Origin: an uncultured Holophagales bacterium
GTDB taxonomy: Bacteria; Acidobacteriota; Thermoanaerobaculia; Multivoradales; UBA5704
Direction: 5' to 3'
DNA: 64,000 bases
Assembly: GCA_963842525.1 (NCBI GenBank)
Contig: CAWJGT010000034.1
Location: 1 to 64,000, forward strand
Shown here one piece after another: positions 1 to 9,355 of the stretch. A program made the position numbers and the translations under genes. Each line of letters begins with the position of its first letter. Within the stretch, counting starts at the first letter, position 1. The notes beneath the pieces were generated by a model. That model was not told the origin of the DNA. It saw only the letters and a list, made by a program, of their open reading frames with translations, and ran no database searches.

Positions 1-35
1 GGGGACGGCTTTCCGGAAGGTCATCGATGCATCCC

Positions 36-136
36 GCGCCCCGGGTTGACACCCGGGGCTACCCAGTTCCGCCCTCCACCAGGCTCTTCTGAGCCCGGAG
101 GGCGCCATTTGGTAGCCCAGGGTGTGAACCCTGGGC
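36..136. repeat. REP-like nested inverted-repeat element
   Basis: Arms GGGTTGACACCCGGGGCTACC and GGTAGCCCAGGGTGTGAACCC are near reverse complements around an inner CGCCCTCC/GGAGGGCG stem; similar architecture to 21147-21353. Confidence 0.55.
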
Positions 137-175
137 GTGGGCTTTCGACCTCGCCTCGAACGCTCCGCCTGCGTT

Positions 176-228
176 CCCCCTCTCCCGGGGGCAGGGGGGG
201 CGATGGGAGAGGGGGCCAGGGGGTGAGG
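176..228. repeat. REP-like palindromic repeat (CCCCCTCTCCC...GGGAGAGGGGG-CAGGGGGTGAGG family)
   Basis: Same motif recurs at about 689, 2218, 11610 and 13984. Confidence 0.85.
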
Positions 229-230
229 TC

Positions 231-662
231 TCACAGCTCGTCGAGCAGCCGGATCCGCCGCTCGTGGCGGCCCCCTTCGAACGGGGTCTCCAGCCAGATC
301 CGGACGATCTCCAGGGCGAGGTCCAGGGGGATCAGTCGCTGGCCGAGGGAGATCATGTTGGCGTCGTTGTGCTGGCGGGCAAGCCGGGCGGACTCGGCGC
401 TCCAGCAGAGGGCGCAGCGGACCCTCTTCACACGGTTGGCCGCCATGGCCTCGCCGTTGCCCGAGCCGCCAAGGACGATGCCGCGCTCGCAGGCGCCGTC
501 CGCGACAGCCACCGCGGCCGGATGGATGAAGACCGGGTAGTCGACCGACTCCTCGGCCTGCGTCCCGAAGTCCTGGACCTCGTGCCCCTGCGCGGCCAGG
601 AAACACTTGATCTCTTCCTTGTACCGGTACCCGGCGTGGTCCGAGGCGATGGCGATCTTCAT
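231..662 (-). CDS. rpiB: Ribose-5-phosphate isomerase B
   Basis: MKIAIASDHAG start, DYP, GGSGNG, ARQHNDAN and FEGGRHERRI motifs. Confidence 0.95.
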   Translation of the reverse strand: MKIAIASDHAGYRYKEEIKCFLAAQGHEVQDFGTQAEESVDYPVFIHPAAVAVADGACERGIVLGGSGNGEAMAANRVKRVRCALCWSAESARLARQHNDANMISLGQRLIPLDLALEIVRIWLETPFEGGRHERRIRLLDEL

Positions 663-688
663 TGGCGCGGTATTAGAGCACACCTTAT

Positions 689-744
689 CCCCCCGTCTCC
701 CGGTCGGGGGGAGAGCGATGGGAGAGGGGGGTCAGGGGGGTGAG
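689..744. repeat. REP-like palindromic repeat
   Basis: GATGGGAGAGGGGGGTCAGGGGGGTGAGG copy overlapping the 3' end of the TrmH gene. Confidence 0.8.
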
Positions 745-1517
745 GATTTTCGGCGGGCCTCGAACAGCACGAGCGCCGCGGCCACGGTCGCATTGAGCGA
801 CTCGACCGGCGGCTCGAGAGGAATGGTGAGCCGCAAGGCCGTGCCGTCCAGGAAGTGGAGAAGCCCCGGCGAGAGGCCCGGTCCCTCGGCTCCGATGGCC
901 AGGATGAGAGTGCCTTCGAGCGGCGCATCCCAGAGAGTCTCGCCGCCGCGGGGCACGAGGGCGGCCCAGCGCGGATGCACCGCGGCGAGATGGCCGGCGA
1001 GCGCCTGGGGCTCGACGCCGGCGGCCACGGGCAGGCGGAGCAGGCTCCCTGCCGAGGCCCGCAGAGCCCGCGGGTGGTTGGGATGGGCACAGCCGGGGGA
1101 GAGCGCCAGGCCGGCGGCTCCGGCGGCCTCGGCGACTCTTGCCAGGGCGCCGAGGTTGCCCGGGTCCTGCAGGCCGTCCAGGTAGAGATAGGGCGTCCTC
1201 GCGCGGACCGGCAGCGCCTCGACCCCGGAGCGGGGGAGGTGCGCAACGGCGAGGATGCCTCGAGGGGAGTCGGCATCGGTCAGGCCGTCGAACAGGTCCG
1301 GGGCGACCTCCAGGGGCGCCGAAGGGAGGGCGCGGGCGATCCGCCGCCCCTCGGGAGAGGCCAGAAAGTCGGGTGTGGCGAGCACATTATCGAGCGCCAG
1401 ACCCGCCGCGAGCGCCTCCTCCACCAGGTGCGTCCCTTCGAGCAGCGCATGGTCGCCTTTACTTCGCCGCAGCCGCCGAATATCCTTGAGCCCTTGATTT
1501 TGGCGACTGGAGATCAT
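732..1517 (-). CDS. TrmH/SpoU family RNA methyltransferase
   Basis: MISSRQN start, LDGLQDPGNLGALAR, IGAEGPGL and VESLNATVAA SPOUT motifs. Confidence 0.92.
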   Translation of the reverse strand: MISSRQNQGLKDIRRLRRSKGDHALLEGTHLVEEALAAGLALDNVLATPDFLASPEGRRIARALPSAPLEVAPDLFDGLTDADSPRGILAVAHLPRSGVEALPVRARTPYLYLDGLQDPGNLGALARVAEAAGAAGLALSPGCAHPNHPRALRASAGSLLRLPVAAGVEPQALAGHLAAVHPRWAALVPRGGETLWDAPLEGTLILAIGAEGPGLSPGLLHFLDGTALRLTIPLEPPVESLNATVAAALVLFEARRKSSPP

Positions 1518-2109
1518 GAGCAACGATCTTAAAAGTTTCTGGCAACGACTCCAAACGGGCGTCGAGGTGGCAGTGGCGGGGACAAGCTCCGAAGCCCTGC
1601 TCGGGGTGCGCGACGCCATCCTCCGCTATTTCCACGACGGCCACGACCGGACGGTCTCGGTGGCCGTGGTGCCGCAGCCGGTCGAGCCCGCGCCGGTCGG
1701 CCTCCCGTTCAGCGACGAGGAGATCCTCAAGCTGGCGCGGCGCCGCGTCGCGGAGATGCAGGAGCGGCTCGGCGACACCTACCACTTCTACATCGCCAAC
1801 GAGGCGGGCATCCAGTCCGTGGAGCTCGACGGATCGCTGCGGTACTTCATCCGCACCTGGGCGGTGATCCGCGGCACCCTGGGCGAGGCCTGGGGCGCGA
1901 GCGGCGCCGTACAGATCCCGGACCGGATCGTCTCCGGCCTCGACACGGCACAGATCCCTTTCGCCGTCCCGGGGACCCGCCGCAGCGGCGGCATGATCAG
2001 CTCCCTGACCGGCGGCCTCGAGACCCGGCGCAGAGCGATCTCCCTCTCCACGTTGAACGCCCTCTCGACCCTCTTCTACGGCGTCCTCGACAGCCGGCCG
2101 GTGCGCTGA
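1516..2109 (+). CDS. DUF84/YjjX-like inosine/xanthosine triphosphatase family protein
   Basis: VAVAGT..., LPFSDEEI..ARRR, NEAGI, GMISSLTGG.ETRR resemble the DUF84 pattern; GGAG upstream. Confidence 0.7.
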   Translation: MSNDLKSFWQRLQTGVEVAVAGTSSEALLGVRDAILRYFHDGHDRTVSVAVVPQPVEPAPVGLPFSDEEILKLARRRVAEMQERLGDTYHFYIANEAGIQSVELDGSLRYFIRTWAVIRGTLGEAWGASGAVQIPDRIVSGLDTAQIPFAVPGTRRSGGMISSLTGGLETRRRAISLSTLNALSTLFYGVLDSRPVR

Positions 2110-2111
2110 AA

Positions 2112-2281
2112 GCCCCCTCCCCGACCCTCCCCCGCGCGTCCATCAAACCACCCGCCCCGAGCGGGAGAGGGCGCCCCCATCCAACCGAATTTCTCCTCTG
2201 TTGGCTGCCGCAGCATTCCCCCTCTCCCGTTCGGGGTGGAGGGTCGGGGGACGCACGGGAGAGGGGGTCAGGGGGTGAGGG
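2112..2281. repeat. Inverted pair of REP-like repeats (REPIN-like)
   Basis: CCCCCTCCCCGACCCTCCCCC...GGGAGAGGG at left; CCCCCTCTCCC...GGGAGAGGGGGTCAGGGGGTGAGG at right. Confidence 0.75.
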
Positions 2282-2285
2282 CGGT

Positions 2286-2315
2286 TTGACCCTTCTCCCC
2301 CTCTGTTGCTAGCAT
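2286..2315 (+). promoter_or_regulatory. Putative sigma70 promoter of metK
   Basis: TTGACC-N18-TAGCAT with extended -10 TG. Confidence 0.55.
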
Positions 2316-2410
2316 GCTTCGCCAGCCAACGAGGGGACATAGGGATCCCTTTGTCTTTTTTGCGCCATGACTGAGCTGACCCCGCTGGTCGAGGGGGCCT
2401 TTTTCGAGGT

Positions 2411-3598
2411 ATGAAGATGAGCGAACACGAAGCCCACCTGTTCACGTCCGAGTCCGTGACGGAAGGGCACCCGGACAAGATCGCCGACCAGATCTCCGAC
2501 GCGATCCTCGACGAGGTGCTCCGTCAGGACCCGACCGGACGTGTGGCCTGCGAGACCATGGTCACCACCGGCGTCGTCTTCCTGGCCGGCGAGATCACCA
2601 CCAAGGCGTACGTCGACTTCGCGGGGACGGCCCGCCGGGTGATCCTCGATATCGGATACAACGACGCGTCCTTCGGTTTCGACGGCGCGAGTTGCGCGGT
2701 GCTCTCGGCCATCGATCCCCAGTCGCCCGACATCGCCCAGGGCGTCGACACCGGGGGCGCCGGCGACCAGGGGCTGATGTTCGGCTTTGCCTGCCGGGAG
2801 ACCGCGGAGCTGATGCCGCTGCCGGTCATGCTCGCGCACGGCCTGACCCGCCGCCTCGCGGCAGTGCGCCGCTCCGGCGTGCTCGACTGGCTGCGGCCGG
2901 ACGGCAAGAGCCAGGTGACCGTCGAGTACGAGGGCCACCGACCGGTGCGCGTCCATACCGTCGTCATCTCCACCCAGCACGCGCCCCACGTCTCCCAGGA
3001 CGAAATCCGCCACGGGGTCATCGAGGAGGTCATCAAGCCGACGGTCCCCGGGTCGCTGCTCGACGAGCGGACGATCTACCACATCAATCCGACCGGCCGG
3101 TTCGTCATCGGCGGCCCGCAGGGCGACTGCGGCCTGACCGGCCGCAAGATCATCGTGGACACCTACGGCGGCTGCGGCCGGCACGGCGGCGGCGCCTTCT
3201 CGGGCAAGGATCCGACGAAGGTCGACCGCTCGGCCTGCTACATGGCACGCTACATCGCCAAGAACATCGTGGCCGCCGGCCTCGCCGAGCGCGTCGAGGT
3301 GCAGGTCGCCTATGCCATCGGCGTGGTCGAGCCGGTCTCGGTGCGCGTCGACACCTTCGGCACCGGGGCCATCGGGGACCGCCAGATCGAGCGCCTGGTC
3401 CGCGAGCACTTCCCGCTGTCGCCGCGCGGGATCATCGAGTACCTCGACCTGCGCCGGCCGATCTATCGCAAGACCGCGGCCTACGGCCACTTCGGCCGCA
3501 CCGAGGACGAATTCAGCTGGGAGCACACCGACCGCGCCGGCGACCTGCGCGCCGCGGCCGGCCTCGAAAGCGTCGAGACCCTGGCAGCCTCCGCCTGA
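2411..3598 (+). CDS. metK: S-adenosylmethionine synthetase
   Basis: [28 protein letters not shown]. Confidence 0.99.
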   Translation: MKMSEHEAHLFTSESVTEGHPDKIADQISDAILDEVLRQDPTGRVACETMVTTGVVFLAGEITTKAYVDFAGTARRVILDIGYNDASFGFDGASCAVLSAIDPQSPDIAQGVDTGGAGDQGLMFGFACRETAELMPLPVMLAHGLTRRLAAVRRSGVLDWLRPDGKSQVTVEYEGHRPVRVHTVVISTQHAPHVSQDEIRHGVIEEVIKPTVPGSLLDERTIYHINPTGRFVIGGPQGDCGLTGRKIIVDTYGGCGRHGGGAFSGKDPTKVDRSACYMARYIAKNIVAAGLAERVEVQVAYAIGVVEPVSVRVDTFGTGAIGDRQIERLVREHFPLSPRGIIEYLDLRRPIYRKTAAYGHFGRTEDEFSWEHTDRAGDLRAAAGLESVETLAASA

Positions 3599-3610
3599 TC
3601 CGCGACACCT

Positions 3611-3638
3611 GACAGGGCGCAGCCTGCTGCGCCCTGTC
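3611..3638. terminator. Hairpin downstream of metK
   Basis: GACAGGGCGCAGC-CT-GCTGCGCCCTGTC, 13-bp perfect inverted repeat, no U tract. Confidence 0.5.
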
Positions 3639-3772
3639 GAGGCGCGCCCCACCAAATGTAACCGGTTTCAAAGAGGGTGAGGGGAACCTCCCGGGGGATT
3701 CGTTCGTCTGATGACCGGGAGGGCCCCCGGACGCCTGTCCGGAGACTCCCGAACGACGGTTGTGGAGGACCC

Positions 3773-4231
3773 ATGTCAGCGCTTCTTCTACCCCCGGGGG
3801 AGGGGAAGTCGGTCTCCTTCCGGGGAGTGACGGTCACTTGCAAGATCGGTGTGGAGGCGACCGGCGGTGCCTGGTCGCTCTTCGAGCACATCACCCAGCC
3901 GGGGGCTGCCGAGCCTCCGCCACACTGGCACCAGAACACGGACGAGTCCTTCTATGTCGTCGAGGGGCGCGTCCGACTGCGAGCGGGAGACCGGGTGGAG
4001 ATGTTGACGCCCGGCGCCTGCGCCCACGTCCCGCGGGGGACGCTGCACACCTTCGCCAACGCGGGGGACCAGCCGTCCAAGATCCTGGTGCACGTCGCGC
4101 CAGGAGGTCTCGAGGGGTATTTCGTGGAGGTCCTGGACCTGGTCGGCAGCGAAGGCCTCTGGCCGCCCTCCGACCGCCCGCGCTTCCTCGCGCTCCTCGC
4201 CCGCTACGACACTCACCTTCCACCGCGGTGA
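3773..4231 (+). CDS. Cupin domain protein
   Basis: PPPHWH..TDESFYVVEG and VPRGTLHTF cupin motifs; GGAGG RBS. Confidence 0.88.
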   Translation: MSALLLPPGEGKSVSFRGVTVTCKIGVEATGGAWSLFEHITQPGAAEPPPHWHQNTDESFYVVEGRVRLRAGDRVEMLTPGACAHVPRGTLHTFANAGDQPSKILVHVAPGGLEGYFVEVLDLVGSEGLWPPSDRPRFLALLARYDTHLPPR

Positions 4232-4386
4232 GGTTTCCCATGCCATCTCCAGGAGGGGGCGCCGTTTGTCCCCTCCCGTCTTTTCCTCTATCCTGTCCCC
4301 AGCTCTGTTGCGTTCTTTTTCACATTGGCGTAGAGTAATAAGCTATACACCCCTGGCGCAGTCGGTCACTCCCGAGGGGGGAGATC

Positions 4387-4737
4387 ATGCAGCAGCGTCC
4401 TCTCAACACGACCCGCCGTTTTCCCCGTGCCTTTTCCACGCACCCGATCCGTGTCCGCGTGCTGAGCGAGCGGCGTCCCGACCAGCTCACCCAGACCCGG
4501 ATCATCAGCCCGGGCGGCTGCATGCTGGTCAGCGAGAGCTCCATCGGTTTCGGCTCTCTGCTGGAGCTGATGATCACGCTCGACGGCCGCCTGCTGCGCG
4601 CTGACGGCCGGGTCGCCTGGGAAAGGCGGACGGGCCAGGCCGAGCACGAGGTCGGTGTCGAGTTCCTGCGCATCAACCGCCGGGATCGCGACGTCCTGGC
4701 GCAGCTCGTCGCCACCAAGCTCAGCCCGGCAGCTTAG
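4387..4737 (+). CDS. PilZ domain protein (c-di-GMP-binding fold)
   Basis: RRFPR motif, ISPGG (degenerate D/NxSxxG), GRVAW, VGVEF. Confidence 0.75.
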   Translation: MQQRPLNTTRRFPRAFSTHPIRVRVLSERRPDQLTQTRIISPGGCMLVSESSIGFGSLLELMITLDGRLLRADGRVAWERRTGQAEHEVGVEFLRINRRDRDVLAQLVATKLSPAA

Positions 4738-4834
4738 GGCGTCCCCGCAGACCTCACGTTGATAAGATGCCCCCCGTGCCGGGCGCAAGGGGCCAGGGCG
4801 GGTGCCCGGTCGTCCTCCTCCGGCGGAGGGGTCC

Positions 4835-5590
4835 ATGGCCGATTTCGAGCGATACATCGGGGTCCGCTACTCGGGGCGCAGGGAGCCGGGTGAGCGGATC
4901 AAGCTGATCAAGGTCTTCTCGGCGCGCGAGGACCACGAGCCCTATCTGGAGCCGAACCCTGCGGATGGAGACGGCCGCTGGAGCCGCCGCGAGCTCGCCG
5001 AATGGCTGCTCGCCGAGCTCGACCAGGACGTGCCGACCGTCGTCGCCCTCGACCACGCCTTCTCGTTCCCGCAGACCTACATGGACCGCAACAGCCTGAA
5101 GAGCTGGGACGAGTTCCTGGACGATTTCGAGGGGCACTGGCCCACGGACCGGTTCAAGGTCCGCGATCTGCTGCCTGGCAATCCCCGTTCGGGCGACCCG
5201 GACGAGCACCGCCTCACAGGCCGCTGGACCGCCTTCCCGCGCAGCGTCTTCGAGTTCGATATCCAGGACAGCCCGGCCAAGGCCTCCCATGCCGGCCTGC
5301 CCTGGCTCGCCTACCTGCGCCGCTCGGGCGACCACGTCCACTTCTGGCCGTTCGACGGCTTCGACGTCCCCAAGGGGCATTCAGTCGTCGCCGAGGTGCG
5401 GCCGGCCCGTTTCCGCCACCGCTATACGAAGGAGGAGCTGAGCAAGGAGGAGCAGGACGCCTACGCCACGTGCGCCTGGCTCCAGGAGCGCGACCGGCTG
5501 GGCCTCCTGCGCCCCTACTTCACGCCCCCTCTTTCCGAGCACGAGCAGGAGCGGGCGCGTCTGGAGGGGTGGATTCTGGGAGTTTCGTAG
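4835..5590 (+). CDS. Hypothetical protein, DUF429/RNase H-like nuclease-related
   Basis: YIGVRYSG, LDHAFSFP, FWPFDG, VVAEVRP, QDAYA pattern; GGAGG RBS. Confidence 0.55.
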   Translation: MADFERYIGVRYSGRREPGERIKLIKVFSAREDHEPYLEPNPADGDGRWSRRELAEWLLAELDQDVPTVVALDHAFSFPQTYMDRNSLKSWDEFLDDFEGHWPTDRFKVRDLLPGNPRSGDPDEHRLTGRWTAFPRSVFEFDIQDSPAKASHAGLPWLAYLRRSGDHVHFWPFDGFDVPKGHSVVAEVRPARFRHRYTKEELSKEEQDAYATCAWLQERDRLGLLRPYFTPPLSEHEQERARLEGWILGVS

Positions 5591-6689
5591 GCAAGCCCCG
5601 CCCGGTGACCAGATAGGTGGCGAAGCTCCCCAGCCAGTGCCCCCCTTCGTAGTGCTCGCCGGTCACGGCCTGCAGGCCGGACTCCCGGTGGGCTGTTGCG
5701 GCGGCACGCAGCGACGGCCGGCGCGGGTCGTCCGCCGGCAGGCCGGCTTCGATCCCTTCCAGCATCCAGGCGCGGCTCAGGTTGAGGCCGTCGAGGTGGG
5801 CAAGCTTGCCGTCCGTGGGATCGGTGACCACGCCGGGCGTGAGCCAGTCCCTCCGGCCGTCGCGCGGGATGTGGGGGAGGAAGGCGCCCAGCCAGGCGGC
5901 GAAGTCCTGCGGGGCCAGGATGCGGCGGACGAGATCGGCCTCTCCCAGGCAGGGAGACAGGAAGTCTTCGCCCGAGGGCTCGTACTCGATCGGACAGTCC
6001 TTGTCCTTCAGATAGAGGTCGCGGACCCGCGATTCGAGGAGCGCGGCGGTCTCGCGGTCGCCGGCCACCCGGGCCCAGTCGAGGATCAGGCCGAAGCCGA
6101 AGGCGGTCTGGTTGTGCTCGCCGATGCGGATCGGGTTGGAGAGCTTGGGGGCCCAGGTGCGGATACGGGCCGCCGAGGCCTTGGCAAGCGGCTGGAGCGC
6201 TGCGGCCCAGCGTTGTGCCTGGGGATCACCCCACTCGCGCAGCTCCGCGTCGAGCTGGAGGAGCCAGGCGAGGCCGTAGGGGCGCTCGAAGGTGTTCCGT
6301 CCCGGGGTCTCCAGATACCTGACCTCGGCCGCGATGTTTTCCGGCGTGAGGCTCCTATCCAGGGCTTCCCGCGCCTTGGCGGCGAACGGTTCGTTCGGAA
6401 ACTGGCGGGCCAGCCGGGCGAGCAGCCAGTGCCCGTGCACGGCCGAGTGCCAGTCGTAGCAGCCGTAGAAAGCCGGCGTCAGCTCATGCGGCGCTTTGAC
6501 GTCCGCTGCGCCGTTCAGCACGTGGGCGATCTTGTTGGGGTACTCCTTGTGCACGCAGGCCAGCGCCAGGCCGGCGAAGCGCGCCGCCGCCGCCGCATCC
6601 ACCCGCGGTGAGGAATTGTCGGCGGCGTGAGCGGAGAAGGGGAGAGCGAAGGCCAGGATCGAGACCAGGACGAGTCGGCGCGCGATCAT
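5520..6689 (-). CDS. DUF2891 family secreted protein
   Basis: Signal peptide; EYPNK, PAFYGCYDWHSAVHGHW, FERPYGLAW, HLDGLNLSRAW, YEGGHWL. Confidence 0.9.
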   Translation of the reverse strand: MIARRLVLVSILAFALPFSAHAADNSSPRVDAAAAARFAGLALACVHKEYPNKIAHVLNGAADVKAPHELTPAFYGCYDWHSAVHGHWLLARLARQFPNEPFAAKAREALDRSLTPENIAAEVRYLETPGRNTFERPYGLAWLLQLDAELREWGDPQAQRWAAALQPLAKASAARIRTWAPKLSNPIRIGEHNQTAFGFGLILDWARVAGDRETAALLESRVRDLYLKDKDCPIEYEPSGEDFLSPCLGEADLVRRILAPQDFAAWLGAFLPHIPRDGRRDWLTPGVVTDPTDGKLAHLDGLNLSRAWMLEGIEAGLPADDPRRPSLRAAATAHRESGLQAVTGEHYEGGHWLGSFATYLVTGRGLPTKLPESTPPDAPAPARARKEGA

Positions 6690-6739
6690 GGCGCGGAGGA
6701 TAGCACCGGCCCGACGGCCGCGGCGGTGTACCATTACGC

Positions 6740-7414
6740 ATGGCCGAGCCGAACGGACTCCCCCTCAGGCCCCCGGCAGCCCTTCGCTCCTACACACGTG
6801 CGGAAGAGATCGCCCACTGGCTCACGCACGGCGTTGGGGTCGTGCTGGCCATCGCCGGCCTCGTCGCGCTGGTGGCGGTGGCCTGTCGGAGCGGGGATGT
6901 GCGGCGGGTGGTGGGCTTCAGCATCTTCGGCACGACCCTGCTCCTCCTCTACGTGGCCTCCACCCTTTACCACAGCATCCCCGTCGGCCGCGCGAAGCCG
7001 GTGCTGCAGGTGCTGGACCATTCGGCCATTTTCCTCCTTATCGCCGGCACCTATACGCCGATCGCGCTGGTGAGCCTCAAGGGCGCCTGGGGGTGGGGCA
7101 TCCTCACCGCCATCTGGACCCTCGCCGTCCTCGGCATCGTGCTGGTGAGCACGCCGCTGCGGCGCCATCGGGCGCCGGCCATCGTCCTCTATCTGGCCAT
7201 GGGCTGGCTCATCCTGGTGGCGCTGGGGCCGCTGATGCGCTCCCTGGAGCGGGGAGGTCTCGTGCTCCTCGTCCTGGGCGGGATCGTCTACACCTCCGGG
7301 ATGATCTTCTATGGTTGGCGGCGGCTGCCGTACCACCACGCCGTCTGGCACCTGTTCGTGCTCACGGGGAGCGTCCTCCACTTCTTCGCCGTCCTGCTCT
7401 ACGTCCGTCCCTGA
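6740..7414 (+). CDS. Hemolysin III / PAQR family membrane protein (TrhA/YqfA-like)
   Basis: EEIAHWLTHG, STLYH, LDHSAIFLLIAGTYTP, HAVWHLFV. Confidence 0.93.
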   Translation: MAEPNGLPLRPPAALRSYTRAEEIAHWLTHGVGVVLAIAGLVALVAVACRSGDVRRVVGFSIFGTTLLLLYVASTLYHSIPVGRAKPVLQVLDHSAIFLLIAGTYTPIALVSLKGAWGWGILTAIWTLAVLGIVLVSTPLRRHRAPAIVLYLAMGWLILVALGPLMRSLERGGLVLLVLGGIVYTSGMIFYGWRRLPYHHAVWHLFVLTGSVLHFFAVLLYVRP

Positions 7415-7477
7415 GCACCACCTGCGAAACAATCCGCCGGTTTCCTCCGTCTTAGGCATGGACAACGAGGAGGAACC

Positions 7478-9268
7478 ATGCGTTTTCGACCCTTTCAACT
7501 TTTCGCGATCCTGATCCCCCTGCTGGCCACTCTGGCTGTGGCCGCCGAAACCCAGACGTCCGACCTCCAGAAGCGGCGCGACGCCCTGAATGCCCTGCTC
7601 GCCGAGCAGTGGGACTACAACCTGTCCACCGCACCCGAGTTCGCCTCGATCCTGGGCGACAAGCGCTGGAACGACAAGACCTCGGACTTCTCCCAGGAGG
7701 CGCATCGACAAGAGCCTGGCCAAGGCGAAGGACTTCCTGGCACGCTTCGAGGCGATCGACACGACCGGCTTCCCGGAGCAGGAGACCCTCAACAAGACCC
7801 TGATGGTGCGCGACCTCCGCCAAGCGCTCGGAGGGCGCCCGGTTCAAAGAGCTGGCTGATGCCGGTGACGCAGATCTCGGGCATCCACCTGATGGCCCCC
7901 CAGTTCCCGCCGCTGCTCAGCTTCGCCAGCGTCAAGGACTACGACGACCTGATCACCCGCTACAAGCAGTTCCCGAAGCTCTTCGACCAGACCATCGCGC
8001 ACATGCGCAACGGCATGGCGGCCGGCCTGATGCCGCCGAAGTTCCTCCTCGAGAAGGTGGTGGGCCAGATCGAGGGGATCGCGGCCATGAAGCCCGAGGA
8101 CTCTCCTTTTGCCGAGCCGCTGCAGCGGTTCCCGAAGGGGGTCCCGGCGGCCGAGCAGGAGCGCATCCGCGACCGAGATGATCGCCACGATCCGCGACCA
8201 GATCCTTCCGGCCTACGCCCGCTTCGGCAGGTTCGTCAAGGAAGAGTACGTGCCCAAGGGGCGGACCGAGGTCGGCATGTGGACCCTGCCCGACGGCGAG
8301 GCCCGCTACGCCTTCGCCGTGAAGGGCTCGACCACCACCGACCTGCCCCCGGAGGAGATCCACCAGATCGGCCTGCGCGAGGTGGCGCGGATCGAGGGTG
8401 AGATGCTCCAGATCGCGAAGAAGCTCGGTTATGCCGACCTGAAGAGCTTCAACGCCGCCCTGGAAAAGAACGCCGATCTGAAAGCGAAGTCGCGCCAGCA
8501 CATCCTCGACCTCTACAAGCAAGTACACCGACGCAGATGTACACGAAGCTGCCCGAGCTCTTCGGACGGCCTGCCCAAGGCTAAGGTGGAGATCCTGCCG
8601 ATCGAGGAGTTCCGGGAGAAGGAGGCGTCCGGAGCCCAATACAACCAGGGGACGCCGGATGGCTCACGGCCGGGCCGGGTCATGGTGAACACCGGCGAGG
8701 CCACCTCGCGCAAGATCATCGCATACGGAGTCCACCGCCTACCACGAGGGCGTGCCCGGGCATCACATGCAGATCTCCATCGCAGCAGGAGCTGCCGACT
8801 CTGCCGCCGTTCCGCCAGCAGGGCGGCTACACGGCCTACGTCGAGGGCTGGGCGCTCTACTCGGAGCGGCTCGGCAAGGAGGTCGGCTTCTATCAGGACC
8901 CGTACAGCGACTACGGCCGCCTGCAGGACGAGATGCTGCGGGCCATCCGCCTGGTGGTGGACACCGGCCTCCACTACAAGCGCTGGACCCGCGAGCAGGT
9001 CGTGCAGTTCTTCCACGACCACTCGGCCATCGACGAGGTCGACGGTGCAGAGCGAGACCGACCGCTACATCGTCTGGCCCGGCCCAGGCGCTCGGCTACA
9101 AGATCGGCCAGCTCAAGATCCTGGAGCTGCGCGAGCGGGCGAAAAAGGAGCTGGGCGAGCAAGTTCGACATCCGCCAGTTCCACGACGAGGTCCTCGGCG
9201 CCGGCGCGCTGCCGATGGACATCCTGGAGGCGCGGATCGACAACTGGATCCAGGCGAAGAAGGGGTAG
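7478..9268 (+). CDS. DUF885 family secreted metallopeptidase-like protein (several frameshifts)
   Basis: Signal peptide; EEIHQIGL.EVARI, HEG.PGHH.QI, EGWALYSE, RLVVDTGLH, GQALGYKIG spread over frames. Confidence 0.88.
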
Positions 9269-9355
9269 AAAAAAGAGGACATCAAGGACAACAGGGACGA
9301 CAACGACCTCTTTTGTCGTCCTTGGCTGTCCTTTGAATCCTTGTCGTCCTTTTTC
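9269..9355. terminator. Imperfect palindrome of AAGGAC/GTCCTT units between convergent genes (probable bidirectional terminator)
   Basis: AAAAAGAGGAC...AAGGAC...AGGGAC vs GTCCTT...GTCCTTT...GTCCTTTTT. Confidence 0.55.

Noticed and set aside
2316-2410. Canonical SAM-I riboswitch before metK
   Set aside because: Leader is short and lacks the AUC...GAU P1 and kink-turn consensus; kept only as a possible attenuator
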